In this document: positions 52,455-61,717 of the stretch, piece by piece
Position numbering within the stretch: position 1 is the stretch's first letter
How the letters are laid out: each line of letters opens with the position of its first letter
Origin: an uncultured Thermoleophilia bacterium
GTDB taxonomy: Bacteria > Actinomycetota > Thermoleophilia > Gaiellales > Gaiellaceae
Assembly: GCA_963785875.1 (NCBI GenBank)
Contig: CAWAWV010000006.1
Span: forward strand, 53,590 to 117,589
DNA: 64,000 nucleotides
Direction of reading: 5' to 3'
Notes under the pieces: model-generated
Databases searched by the model: none
Seen by the model: only the letters and a program-made list of their open reading frames with translations
What the model was told of the DNA's origin: nothing
Translations under genes and position numbers: made by a program

Positions 52455-53766
52455 CTACTTGCCGGTGTTGAGCTTGAACTTCTTCTCCCAGGCGCGGGTC
52501 TGGGCGATCGCCTGGTCGACCGCCTGGAACTCGTGCAGCCGTTCCGCACGACGACGTTGCCGCTCTTGTAGTCGACGATGATGTTCGCGTTGTTCGGGAT
52601 GTGGTACGGGAGGCCGCCCGACGTAGAACGGCTTGCAGAGCATGTCCGTCTTCTGGTTCTTCAGGGCCCTGACCGCCTTGTTGTACGACTTCGCGGTGAT
52701 CGCGCCCTTGACGCTCAGCAGCGCGTTCGTCGCGAACTTCGCGTCCAGGAAGCCCATCTGCGCGAACGCCTGCGGGGCGATCTGCGGGCGCGTACTTCTT
52801 CAGCACGCTGAACATCAGCGCCGAGTCGGGGCCGACCTTCGGGTCGACGTTCGAGAACTCGTTGTCGATCCAGAGGTGACCGTCGAAGCCGGCGAGAACT
52901 GGCTCGACATGAACGTGTTCGCGATCGGGGTCGACGAGCCCCACAGCACCTTGTCGACGATGCCCTGCTGCCTCGGCGGCCTTCATGAACGCCGGGGCGG
53001 TGTCCGGGGTGAAGTCGAGCAGGATGCCGCCGCCGTCGCCGGCGAACTGGTACATCTGGAGCAGCTGCGAGTTCGCGTCCGTGACCGGCAGGTGGGTCGG
53101 GAAGACCTTGCACCGGGATGCCGGCGGCCTTCGCGACCAGTGCAGGCCGCCGTCCGCGTACGCCGAGATCGTGTCCGGCGAGGCGATCGCGAGCTTCTTG
53201 GCGCCGGCCTTGACGAGCGCCTGCGCGGCGCCGATGTTGCTGTAGCGCGGGCCGGCGTTCACCTCGACGAAGGACGGCGTGCTGTAGCACTCCGCCTGCA
53301 CGCCCGCGCCGATCACGACGTAGCCCTTGCTCTTGTAGTACTTCCAGTTCGTGCCGCACTCGGCGAAGCTCGTGTTGCCGACGATGCCGACGACCTTGTC
53401 GCTCTCGATCAGCTTCTTGGCGAGCGCCGCCTCCTGGTCGGGTTCGAGCTGCTCGCTGTAGAGGGTGTACTTGATCGGGCGGCCGTGGATGCCGCCGTTG
53501 TCGTTCACGCAGTCGAAGTACGCCGTCGGCGGCCTTGCCGATCGTCGTGAAGTCGACGCCCGGGATCAGCATGTCGATGCCGCCGATCTTGATCGGCGCT
53601 CCGGTCGCCTTCTTGCCGGTGCCCAGACCGCAGACGCCTGCGCGTCATCGCCTTCCCCTTGCCGGGCGGGCTGGCTGTGGGGGCCGCGCCTGCACCCGCT
53701 CGCAACCACGGCCGTGGCGAGTGCCCCGGCAAGCGCGGTTGCGATCAATGCCCTCCGAAACGTCAT
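52455..53766 (-). pseudogene. ABC substrate-binding lipoprotein (type I periplasmic binding fold) of the second importer, frameshifted
   Basis: GGAGGAGCGGAGG lies before ATG 53766. MTFRRALIATALAGALATAVVASGC is a lipobox. Further blocks: NDNGGIHGRPIKYTLYSEQLEPDQEAALAKKLIESDKVVGIVGNTSFAE..(ORF 52405..53508), and the tail MGFLDAKFATNALLSVKG..FKLNTGK (ORF 52455..52757). Confidence 0.8.
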
Positions 53767-53829
53767 CCTCCGCTCCTCCCTTTCTGTGGCTCTCAACCGA
53801 GCCTGTGGGGTCGGGCTTCCCTCTCTTTC

Positions 53830-53857
53830 GTTCGAACATCCGGAACTCGACTCCGGA
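53830..53857. promoter_or_regulatory. Candidate operator/promoter element upstream of the second ABC-oxidoreductase operon
   Basis: The 160-bp intergenic region has noticeably lower GC. It contains the perfect palindrome GTTCGAAC (53830-53837). It also contains TCCGGA-actcgac-TCCGGA (53839-53857). This is sequence pattern only. Confidence 0.25.
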
Positions 53858-53926
53858 TACCCGACGAGGTGCCAATCTTTATTGCTTTCGGATCCCGATT
53901 GCAAGACCGGTGTGATCGAGCATCCG

Positions 53927-55560
53927 CTAGGGCCGGAAGGCGCCGGTCGGCGCGATCGCGACGTCGAGCAGCAGCGGCTCGTCGCGTTCCGCAAGCGTCG
54001 GCACGACCTCGTCCAGCGCGGCCGAGAGGTCGTCGTGGGTCGAGATCCGGCGGGCGGCGCAGCCGAAGCTGCGGGCGATCGTCGAGAGCTCGAGCTCCTC
54101 GAAGCCGGGCCACGGGCCCGCTCCGCCGGCGCGCTCGGCGAGCCGGTCCATGATCGTGTAGCCGCCGTTCGCGAGGATGACGTACAGCGCGCCCGCGCGG
54201 TAGTGGGTGGCGCTCCAGAGGGACTGGATCTGGTAGAGAGCCGAGCCGTCCCCGACGATGGCCACGACCGGACGCCGGGGCAGCGCCATGCGCAGGCCGG
54301 CCGCGGCCGGGAGCGCGAAGCCGAGCCCGCCCTGCGCGGCGCTCAGGTAGCCGAGCGGCTCCCGCGCCGGTAGGCGGTCGTGGATCTCGGGCCGGTCGAC
54401 CGGGGCCTCCTCGAGCACGATCGCCTCGCGCGGGAGCCGCTCGGCGAGCGCCGCGAGCACGTGCGACGCCAGCAGCGGCTCGCCGGGCGCCGGGCGGCGG
54501 CGGGGGCGGGCGGCGGCCTGAACGCGCTCGGGCGGGGGCGTGTCGCGCTGCTCGACCCGCGCGGCGAGCGCCGGCGCAGACGGCCGCCGGCGGGGCGAGC
54601 ACGGCGAGCTGCGCGGGGCTCCGCTGGATCTCCTCCGGGTCGTCCGAGACGAGCGCGAGCCGCGTCCCCGGCCTCGGTGAACGTGCCCGGTGCGTACGCC
54701 GCCTGGCGGAAGGCGGGCGCGCCGACGACGAGGACCGCGTCGTGGGGCGCGAGCTGCTCGCGCAGCCGCTCCCGGTCGGCGGAGAGGACGCCGGCGAAGA
54801 GGCGGTGGTCCTGGGGGAAGCCGGCGCGAGCGCCGAACGCCTCCTGGAAGACGGGCGCGCCGAGCCGCTCGGCGAGCTCGACGAGCGCCGCCCAGGTCGC
54901 CGGGTCGTCCGCCCCGGCGCCGACCACGAGCGCGGGCGCCGCGGCGTCCGCGAGGAACGCGGCGAGCGTCTCGACCGCCTCGCGATCGGCGGCCGTCGCC
55001 CGCAGCACCGGCCCGAGCGCCGCGGCCGGCTCGCGCTCCTCGTCCGCGGCCTCGGCCCAGTCGTCCATCGGGACGATCACGAGCGCCGGGCCGCGGGAGA
55101 GCGCTGCGGCGTGGTAGGCGCGCTCGACGCGCGGCCGGGACGTCCTGCGCGCGCATGCGGGCTGCTCGACGCGCACCGGGTAGGTCGCCGGCGAGCCCCT
55201 CGAGGCGGCCGGCGAGGAACGGCTCGTAGGCGAGGTGACGCCGGTCCTGCTGGCCGACGACGACGACGAGCGGCGCGCGGTTGACGCGGGCGGTCGCGAG
55301 CGCGCCGACCGCGTTGCCGAGCCCCGCGGTCGTGTGCAGGAGGACGAGCGCCGGCTCGCCGCGCCCGATCGCGTAGCCGCTCGCCATGCCGACCACGGTG
55401 CCCTCGTGCAGGCCGAGCACGAAGTCGAGATCGTCGGGCAGCCCCGTCAGGAACGGCACCTCGGTCGAGCCGGGGTTCGCGAAGAGCGTCGTCAGCCCGC
55501 GGCGGCGGAAGACGTCGAACGCCGCGTCGCGGACGCGTGCGACTCGCCTGCGGTGGGAGC
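53927..55560 (-). pseudogene. Thiamine-diphosphate-dependent decarboxylase (benzoylformate decarboxylase / acetolactate-synthase-like family), frameshifted
   Basis: Blocks present: VRDAAFDVFRRRGLTTLFANPGSTEVPFLTGLPDDLDFVLGLHEGTVVGMASGYAIGRGEPALVLLHTTAGLGNAVGALATARVNRAPLVVVVGQQ, and the C-terminal TPP motif VVAIVGDGSALYQIQSLWSATHYRAGALYVILANGGY (ORF 53927..55459). The middle is scrambled and the 5' end is approximate. Confidence 0.8.
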
Positions 55561-55597
55561 GGCGGCGTCTCGGTTGCGTGGTTGGCGGTCTCGATAC

Positions 55598-56094
55598 TCA
55601 ATGGTCGAAGAAGATGGTCTGTCGCTCGCCCTGAAGGTGGATGTCGAAGCGCAGCCGCCGTCCTCGGCGTCGGCGACGAGCCGCGCGCGCTCGTCCTCTG
55701 CGAGCCCGGCGAGGACAGGGTCGGCGGCGTTCGCCTGCGCGCTCGTCGGGGAAGTAGAGCCGTGTGAGCTGATGCTTGAGCAGTCCGCGCGCGATGGACG
55801 AAGACGTCGAGGTGCGGCGCCTCGCCCGGCCGCGGCCGCGGGCTTCGAGACGACGAACGAGAAGCGCGCCGCCGTCGTCCGTGCCGCGAGCGGTGCCGCA
55901 GCGACCGGCGCTCCGTCGGCTCCCAGACCTCGACCATGCCGTCCGTGATCGGCGCTGCCGTCCCCGTCGAGGAGCTGCGCCGCGCAGCACGAGCGCCGAC
56001 GGGTCGTCCGGACGGGACGAGCTCGTTCTCGACGCGCCGGCAGAGCCCGATCGCGTAGTACGGGCCGACCGTCTGCGACGGCGTGCTTCGGCAG
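55598..56094 (-). pseudogene. pcaG: Protocatechuate 3,4-dioxygenase alpha subunit, frameshifted
   Basis: Blocks present: SQTVGPYYAIGLCRRVENELVP, DGMVEVWEP, PHLDVFVFARGLLKHQLTRLYFPDE, ANAADPVLAGLAEDERARLVA, and the tail LRFDIHLQGERQTIFFDH. No start codon is clear. Confidence 0.8.
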
Positions 56095-56096
56095 GC

Positions 56097-56832
56097 TCAG
56101 GGCTCCTCGACCGGCGTCGTGCCGCCGCCGCCGCGGCCGAGCACGATGTCCCAGCGGTAGCCGAGCGCCCAGTCCGGCTGCGTCGTGCTCGAGGTCGAAG
56201 CTCGAGACCAGCAGCTCGCGCGCCTTCGGGTCGCGGACCGAGTGGAAGATCGGGTCGAACGCGAACAGCGGGTCGCCCGGGAAGTACATCTGGGTGACGA
56301 GCCGCTGCGTGAACGCCCGCCCGAACACCGAGAAGTGGATGTGCGCCGGGCGCCACGCGTTCTCGTGGTTGCCCCAGGGGTACGAGCCCGGCTTGATCGT
56401 GACGAAGCGGTAGTTGCCCGTCGGCGTCGGTGAGGCAGCGGCCGGCACCGGAGAAGTTCGGGTCGAGCGGCGCGGGATGCTGGTCGACGACGTGGTGGTA
56501 GCGGCCGGCCGCGTTCGCCTGCCAGACCTCGACGAGCGCGCCGCGGACGGGCCGGCCGTCCTCGTCGAGCACCCGGCCGCTGACGACGATCCGCTCGCCG
56601 AGCGGCTCGCCGGCGTGCTGCCGCGTCAGGTCGTCGTCGAGCTCGTCGATCGCGCTCCTCCCCGAACACCGGCCCGGCAAGCGCGTGGAGCTCCTCGGGC
56701 AGCGACACGAGCGGCCGCGTCGGCGCGCGCAGCCGCGTCGAGCGGTAGCCCGGGTAGTCGACCTGGACCTCCGGCGCCGAAGGCCGGATCGTCCGGGAGA
56801 ACGACCGGCTCGCTCGATCGGTCCGCGCTCAC
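56097..56832 (-). pseudogene. pcaH: Protocatechuate 3,4-dioxygenase beta subunit, frameshifted
   Basis: GTG 56832 overlaps the pcaJ stop. Blocks present: YPGYRSTRLRAPTRPLVSLP, GEPLGERIVVSGRVLDEDGRPVRGALVEVWQANAAGRYHH, NYRFVTIKPGSYPWGNHENAWRPAHIHFSVFGRAFTQRLVTQMYFPGDPLFAFDPIF and WALGYRWDIVL. Confidence 0.85.
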
Positions 56833-57543
56833 GCGCCTCCCTCGTCTCGAGCGACCGGAGCGCCGCGAGCTCGTCGTCGGTCGGCGGCTCGGTGTCGCGC
56901 GACGTCGTCCGCGACCGCGAGCGGCCAGCCGGTCGCCGCGCGTGCGTCGTCGACGCGTCGCACCCGGGTGGACGTGCGTCACGAGCGCCAGCTTGCCGTC
57001 GCGCGGCTCGAGGACGCCGAGGTCGGTGACGACGACGCGCACGCGGTCGCCGCGGCTCGTCTTGAAGTCGAGCTGCTCGACGAACGCGCGCGCGCGTCTG
57101 GCGCAGCATCACGAACACGTCGCGCGACGGACGGTCGCGATCTCGGGCGCGCCGCCGCCGCCGGGCAGCCGCACCTTCGGCGTGCGCGTAGTCCCCGATC
57201 ACGGTGCTGTTCAGGTTCCCGTAGCGGTCGATCTGCGCGGCGCCGAGGAAGCCGACGTCGATGCGGCCGCCCTGGAGCCAGTAGGCGAACATCTCCGGCA
57301 CCGAGACGACGGTGTCGGCGGTCTCCGCCAGCTCGCCGTCGCCGATCGAGAGCGGCAGCTTCGGTCGGCTTCGCGCCGATCGTGCCGCTCTCGTAGACGA
57401 GCACGCAGCCCGGCGCGTGCGTGCGCCGCGCGAGGTTCGCGGCCAGGCTCGGGCAGGCCGATGCCGACGAAGCAGACGGTGCTCGTTCGTCAGCCGCCGC
57501 GCGGCGTCGACGGCCATCATCTCGTCCGCGCGTGAACGCTCAC
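56829..57543 (-). pseudogene. pcaJ: 3-oxoadipate CoA-transferase subunit B, frameshifted
   Basis: GTG 57543 overlaps the pcaI stop. Blocks present: ADEMMAVDAARRLTNE, CVLVYESGTIGAKPT, LPLSIGDGELAETADTVVSVPEMFAYWLQGGRIDVGFLGAAQIDRYGNLNSTVIGDY, VVTDLGVLEP and PPTDDELAALRSLE. Confidence 0.8.
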
Positions 57544-58358
57544 GCCGCGGCACCGCCTCTCGAGCACGTGCTCGCTGCATCCAGGCGCGTGAAGGGTCGC
57601 GGTCGCGGCTGATCGCGTCCCAGGCGACGTAGAAGTCGTTGTCGCGCTCGTAGTAGCCGTGCGCGTACGACGGGTGCGCGCCCCCGGGGACGCACGCGAC
57701 GGCGTCGATCACCCAGGAGGGCAGGACGACGCCGCCCGGCCGCGGTCGAGCTCGTCGACGATCTCCTCGACGGTCACGATCGAGCGCGTCGAGGCGAGCA
57801 CGACCTCCTTCTGGACGCCGGTGATCCCCCAGAGCTGGACGTTGCCGTCGCCGGTCGGCCTGCTGCGCGTGGACGATCCCGACGTCGGGGCGGTGTGCCG
57901 GCACGGCGGCGAGCTCCTCGCCGGTGAACGGGCAGGTGATCGCCGCGACGCGCGTGTGCGCCGACGAGGTCGGTGCCGCGCGTAGCCCGCGCAGCACGCC
58001 GAACGGCAGGCTCGCGGCGCCGGCCGCGTAGGCGGCCGCCATCCCCGCATGCGAGTGCTCCTCGAGCTCGAGCGGCGCCGGCCAGCCGTGCTCGACCGCG
58101 TCGCGCAGCCGGTGCAGCGAGCCGACGCCCGGGTTGCCGCCCCACGAGAAGACGAGCTTGCGCGGCGCAGCCCATGCCGATCAGCTGGTCGTAGATGACG
58201 TCGGGCGTCATCCGCACGAGCGTCAGGTCGCGCCGGCCCTGCCGGATCAGCTCGTGCCCGGCGGCGAACGGGATCAGGTGGGTGAAGCCCTCGAGGGCGA
58301 CGACGTCGCCGTCGTGCACCAGTTCGGAGACCGCCTCGCTGAGCGCAACGATCGGCAC
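57540..58358 (-). pseudogene. pcaI: 3-oxoadipate CoA-transferase subunit A, frameshifted
   Basis: ORF 57774..58358 gives MPIVALSEAVSELVHDGDVVALEGFTHLIPFAAGHELIRQGRRDLTLVRMTPDVIYDQLIGMGCA. Further blocks: AAYAAGAASLPFGVLRG, TGNVQLWGITGVQKEVVLAS..IVTVEEIVDEL and PGGAHPSYAHGYYERDNDFYVAWDAISRDRD. Confidence 0.8.
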
Positions 58359-58404
58359 GCGACTGCGACGCTAGGCGATGATCGGTTCGGCTGTCAAGAA
58401 CAGC

Positions 58405-58421
58405 GTTCCAATTATCGGAAC
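58405..58421. promoter_or_regulatory. Candidate operator upstream of pcaI
   Basis: GTTCCAATTATCGGAAC (arms GTTCC/GGAAC) lies 47-63 nt upstream of the pcaI GTG, in a 64-bp AT-enriched spacer. A related half-site ATCGGTTC is at 58381-58388. This is sequence pattern only. Confidence 0.3.
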
Positions 58422-58422
58422 A

Positions 58423-59334
58423 TCAGAGGCCGAGTAACGAGGCGGCGTTCTCCTTGAGGATCAGCGGCCGGACCTCGTCCTTGATCGGCAGCTCGGCGAA
58501 GTCGGCGAGCCAGCGGTCGGGCGTGATCAGGGGGAAGTCGGAGCCGAAGAGCACCTTGTGCGCAGGAGGCGTGTTCGCGTACCGCACGAGGATCTCGGGG
58601 AAGTACTTCGGCGACCAGCCCGAGAGGTCGATGTAGACGTTCGGCTTGTGCAGCGCCACCGAGATCGCCTCGTCCTGCCACGGGAACGACGGATGCGCGA
58701 GCACGATCTTCAGGTCGGGGAAGTCGACCGCGACGTCGTCGAGCTCCATCGGGTTCGAGAACTTGAGCCTGATCCCGCCGCCGCCGCGGCACGCCGGCGC
58801 CGATGCCGCTGTGGCCGGTGTGGAAGAGCGCCGGCAGGCCCGCCGCCTCGATCACCTCGTAGAGCGGGTAGACGCTGCGTCGTTCGGGAAGAACCCCTGG
58901 GAGTTCGGGTGGAACTTGAAGCCGCGCACCCCGTGCTCGGCGATCAGGCGGCGGGCGCGCGGACGCCGTCGGCGCCGCGGGCCGGGTCGATGCTCGCGAA
59001 CGGGATCAGGACGTCGGCGTTCGCGGCGCGCGATCTCGGCGATCTCCTCGTTCGGGATCGGGCGCCGCTCCGGTGACCGACTGGCTGTCGACGCCGAACA
59101 CGACCGCGGCCATGTTCCGCTCCCGGTAGTAGGCGGCCACGTCCTCGCGGTCGGAAGCGCGCTCGTTGCCGAAGTACTTCGCCGCGCCTGCCCGCAGCTC
59201 CGGCCGGAAGCGGGTCGATGCCCGGTGCGCGAAACCTCGGCGTGCGTGTGCACGTCGATCGCCGTCACCCGGTCAAGGTCGATCAGGACGCCAGCCGTTC
59301 GAGTATGCGAGACAGGTGACCGATTAGTGGACAT
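58423..59334 (-). pseudogene. Amidohydrolase-2 family protein (ACMSD / aromatic-acid decarboxylase-hydrolase type), frameshifted
   Basis: Blocks present: VTAIDVHTHAEV (ORF 58852..59334), GVRGFKFHPNSQGFFPND, IEAAGLPALFHTGHSG, and DFPDLKIVLAHPSFPWQDEAISVALHKPNVYIDLSGWSPKYFP..VLFGSDFPLITPDRWL (ORF 58423..58749). Confidence 0.7.
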
Positions 59335-59345
59335 GTGCCGCTCGC

Positions 59346-60181
59346 GTGGGGTTATATACCGCTCAGGTGGAGACGGTCAAGGTCGAGGTCGACGAAGGCA
59401 TCGCGTGGGTCACGCTAAATCGGCCCGAAAAGCGCAACGCCATGAACCCGACCCTGAACCGGGAGATGATCGACGTGCTGTCGAAACCCTCGACGGCGAC
59501 GACGCGCGGCGTGCTGGTGCTCACCGGTGCGGGCGACTCGTTCTCGGCGGGAATGGATCTGAAGGAGTACTTCCGCGAGGTGGACGCGCGCCCGAGAACG
59601 TCCAGCGAAAGCATCCGGCGCGAAGCCTAGCAATGGCAGTGGCGACTGCTGCGCATGTACCCGAAGCCGACGATCGCCATGGTCAACGGCTGGTGCTTCG
59701 GCGGCGCGTTCACGCCGCTCTGTGGCCTGCGACCTGGCGATCGCGGCCGACGAGGCGACCTTCGGTCTCTCGGAAATCAACTGGGGCATCCCGCCGGGCA
59801 GCCTGGTCAGCCGCGCCCTGGCCGACACCGTGGGCATCGCGCAGCGCGCTCTACTACATCATGACCGGCAAGACCTTCGGCGGGCAGAGGCGGCGGAGAT
59901 GGGGCTCGTCAATGGAGCGTGCCCTGGCGCAACTGCGTGAGTGACGTCGAGAACTCGCGCGCAAGCTGCTCGAGAAGAACCCGGTCGTGCTGCGTGCAGC
60001 CAAGCATGGCTTCAAGCGTTGCCGCGAAATGACCTGGGACACGGCCGAAGATTACCTCTACGCCAAGCTCGAGCAGTCGCAGTTCCTCGACACCGAAGGC
60101 GGCCGGGAGCAGGGCATGACGCAGTTCCTCGACGAGAAGTCGATCCGCCCCGGCCTCGAGACGTACAAGCGCGAAGGCTGA
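59346..60181 (+). pseudogene. ech: Feruloyl-CoA / 4-hydroxycinnamoyl-CoA hydratase-lyase (HCHL, crotonase superfamily), frameshifted
   Basis: Blocks present: VKVEVDEGIAWVTLNRPEKRNAMNPTLNREMIDVL, GVLVLTGAGDSFSAGMDLKEYFREVDA, RREA.QWQWRLLRMYPKPTIAMVNGWCFGG, ADEATFGLSEINWGIPPG, YYIMTGKTFGG, and LRAAKHGFKRCREMTWDTAEDYLYAKLEQSQFLDTEGGREQGMTQFLDEKSIRPGLETYKR. The match is nearly collinear with my recollection of Pseudomonas HCHL. Confidence 0.85.
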
Positions 60182-60211
60182 GATGATCGGGGTGGACGAA
60201 AGGAGATCGAC

Positions 60212-61695
60212 GTGACCAGCGTGAAGTCCGACATCAGGGAGTACCGGCAGTTCATCGGCGGCGAGTGGGTCGACGCCGCGGAGGCGGCGACGTTCGAGGA
60301 TCGCGACCCGTTCACCGGCGACGTCGTCGCGACGTCGCCGCCGGGCACGCGGGCCGACGCCGCGCGCGCGCGATCGCGGCCGCCGCGGCGGCCTTCCCGG
60401 CCTGGGCGCAGACGCGCCCGGCCGAGCGGCAGCGGATCTTCCTCAAGGCCGCCGACATGCTCGAGAGCCGCCGCGACGAGATCGTCACGCTGCTCGCGCG
60501 CGAGACGGGCGCGAGCTTCGGCTTCGGCATGTTCCAGATGGGCTTCGTGCCGGGCCTGTTCCGCCAGGCGGCGGCGCTCGCGTACGCGCCGCTCGGCCAG
60601 ATCATCCCGTCGGACCACCGGGGACGCTCGCGATGGGCATCCGCAAGCCGGTCGGCGTCGTCGGGGCGATCGCGCCGTGGAACGCCGCGCTGATCCTGTC
60701 GGCCCGCTCGATCGCCGCGCCGCTCGCGCTCGGCAACACGGTCGTGCTGAAGCCGTCCGAGCTGGTCGCCGTTCGTCGGCGGGCTGCTCTGGGGCGAGAT
60801 CTTCGCCGAGGCCGGCCTGCCGCCGGGCGTCCTGAACATCGTCACGCACGCGCCCGGCGAGGCGGCGCCGATCGGCGACGAGCTGGTCGAGAACCCGGCG
60901 TCCGCCGGATCAACTTCACCGGCTCGACCGCGACCGGCCGGCGGCTCGCCGAGGCGGCGGGCCGCCAGCTGAAGCGCGTCGTGCTCGAGCTCGGCGGCTA
61001 CAACCCGCTGATCGTCCTCGACGACGCCGACCTCGACTACGCGGTCAACGCCTCGGCGTTCGGCGCGTTCCTGCATCAGGGGCAGATCTGCATGTCGACG
61101 CGGCGCATCTTCGTCGAGCGCGGCGATCGCCGACGAGTTCATCGCGCGGCTCGCCGAGAAGACGAAGGCGCTGAAGGCCGGCGACCCGAACGAGCACGAC
61201 ACGATCATCGGCCCGCTCATCAACGAGGGCGCGCTGCTCGATGGTCTGCGCGCGCGTCGACGACGCGGTCGCCGAAGGGCGCGAAGGTGCTCGCCGGCGG
61301 CGAGGCCGTCGGGCCGTGCTACCGCGCGACGCTGATCACCGACGTGCCCGGCGGACTCCGACTTCGCCAGGCTCGAGACGTTCGGGCCGGTCGCCGCGGT
61401 CGAGGTCGTCGACTGCGCCGAGGCGGGGTCGCAGCGGGCCAACGAGACCGCGTACGGGCTGTCGCGCCGGCATCATCACCAGCGACACCGACCGCGGCTT
61501 CGCGCTCGCGCAGCAGATCGAGTCGGGCATCGTCCACGTCAACGACCAGCCGGTCGGCGACGAGCCGCAGATGCCGTTCGGCGGCGTCAAGGACTCCGGC
61601 TTCGGCCGCTTCGGCGGCAGGCGGTGGTCGACGAGTTCACCGAGCTGCGCTGGATCACCGTCCAGGGCGGCGCCGGCCACCCGTTCCCGTTCTGA
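60212..61695 (+). pseudogene. vdh: Aldehyde dehydrogenase (paralog 2), vanillin/benzaldehyde dehydrogenase-like by context, frameshifted
   Basis: Starts at GTG 60212, 31 nt after ech. Blocks present: YRQFIGGEWVDA, KPVGVVGAIAPWNAALILSARSIAAPLALGNTVVLKPSE, INFTGSTATGRRLAE, KRVVLELGGYNPLIVLDDAD, FLHQGQICMS, ETFGPVAAV, NETAYGLSAGI, and the tail WITVQGGAGHPFPF. Confidence 0.8.
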
Positions 61696-61717
61696 CCCCC
61701 CCCCCGCGCGCCGGGTT

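Noticed and set aside
55598-58042. An 814-aa ORF on the minus strand that looks like one giant protein. The 638-aa ORF 36941..38857 and the 653-aa ORF 4192..6153 are similar.
   Set aside because: It is an artefact of stop-poor GC-rich sequence. The ORF threads through pcaI, pcaJ, pcaH and pcaG, alternating between correct and incorrect frames. Only short stretches of it are family-like.
61696-61705. A run of ten C between the convergent aldehyde dehydrogenase and IclR genes.
   Set aside because: It is a simple homopolymer in a 22-nt convergent spacer. It is possibly error-prone in sequencing, but I have no evidence of function, and I could draw only a weak 8-bp stem nearby.
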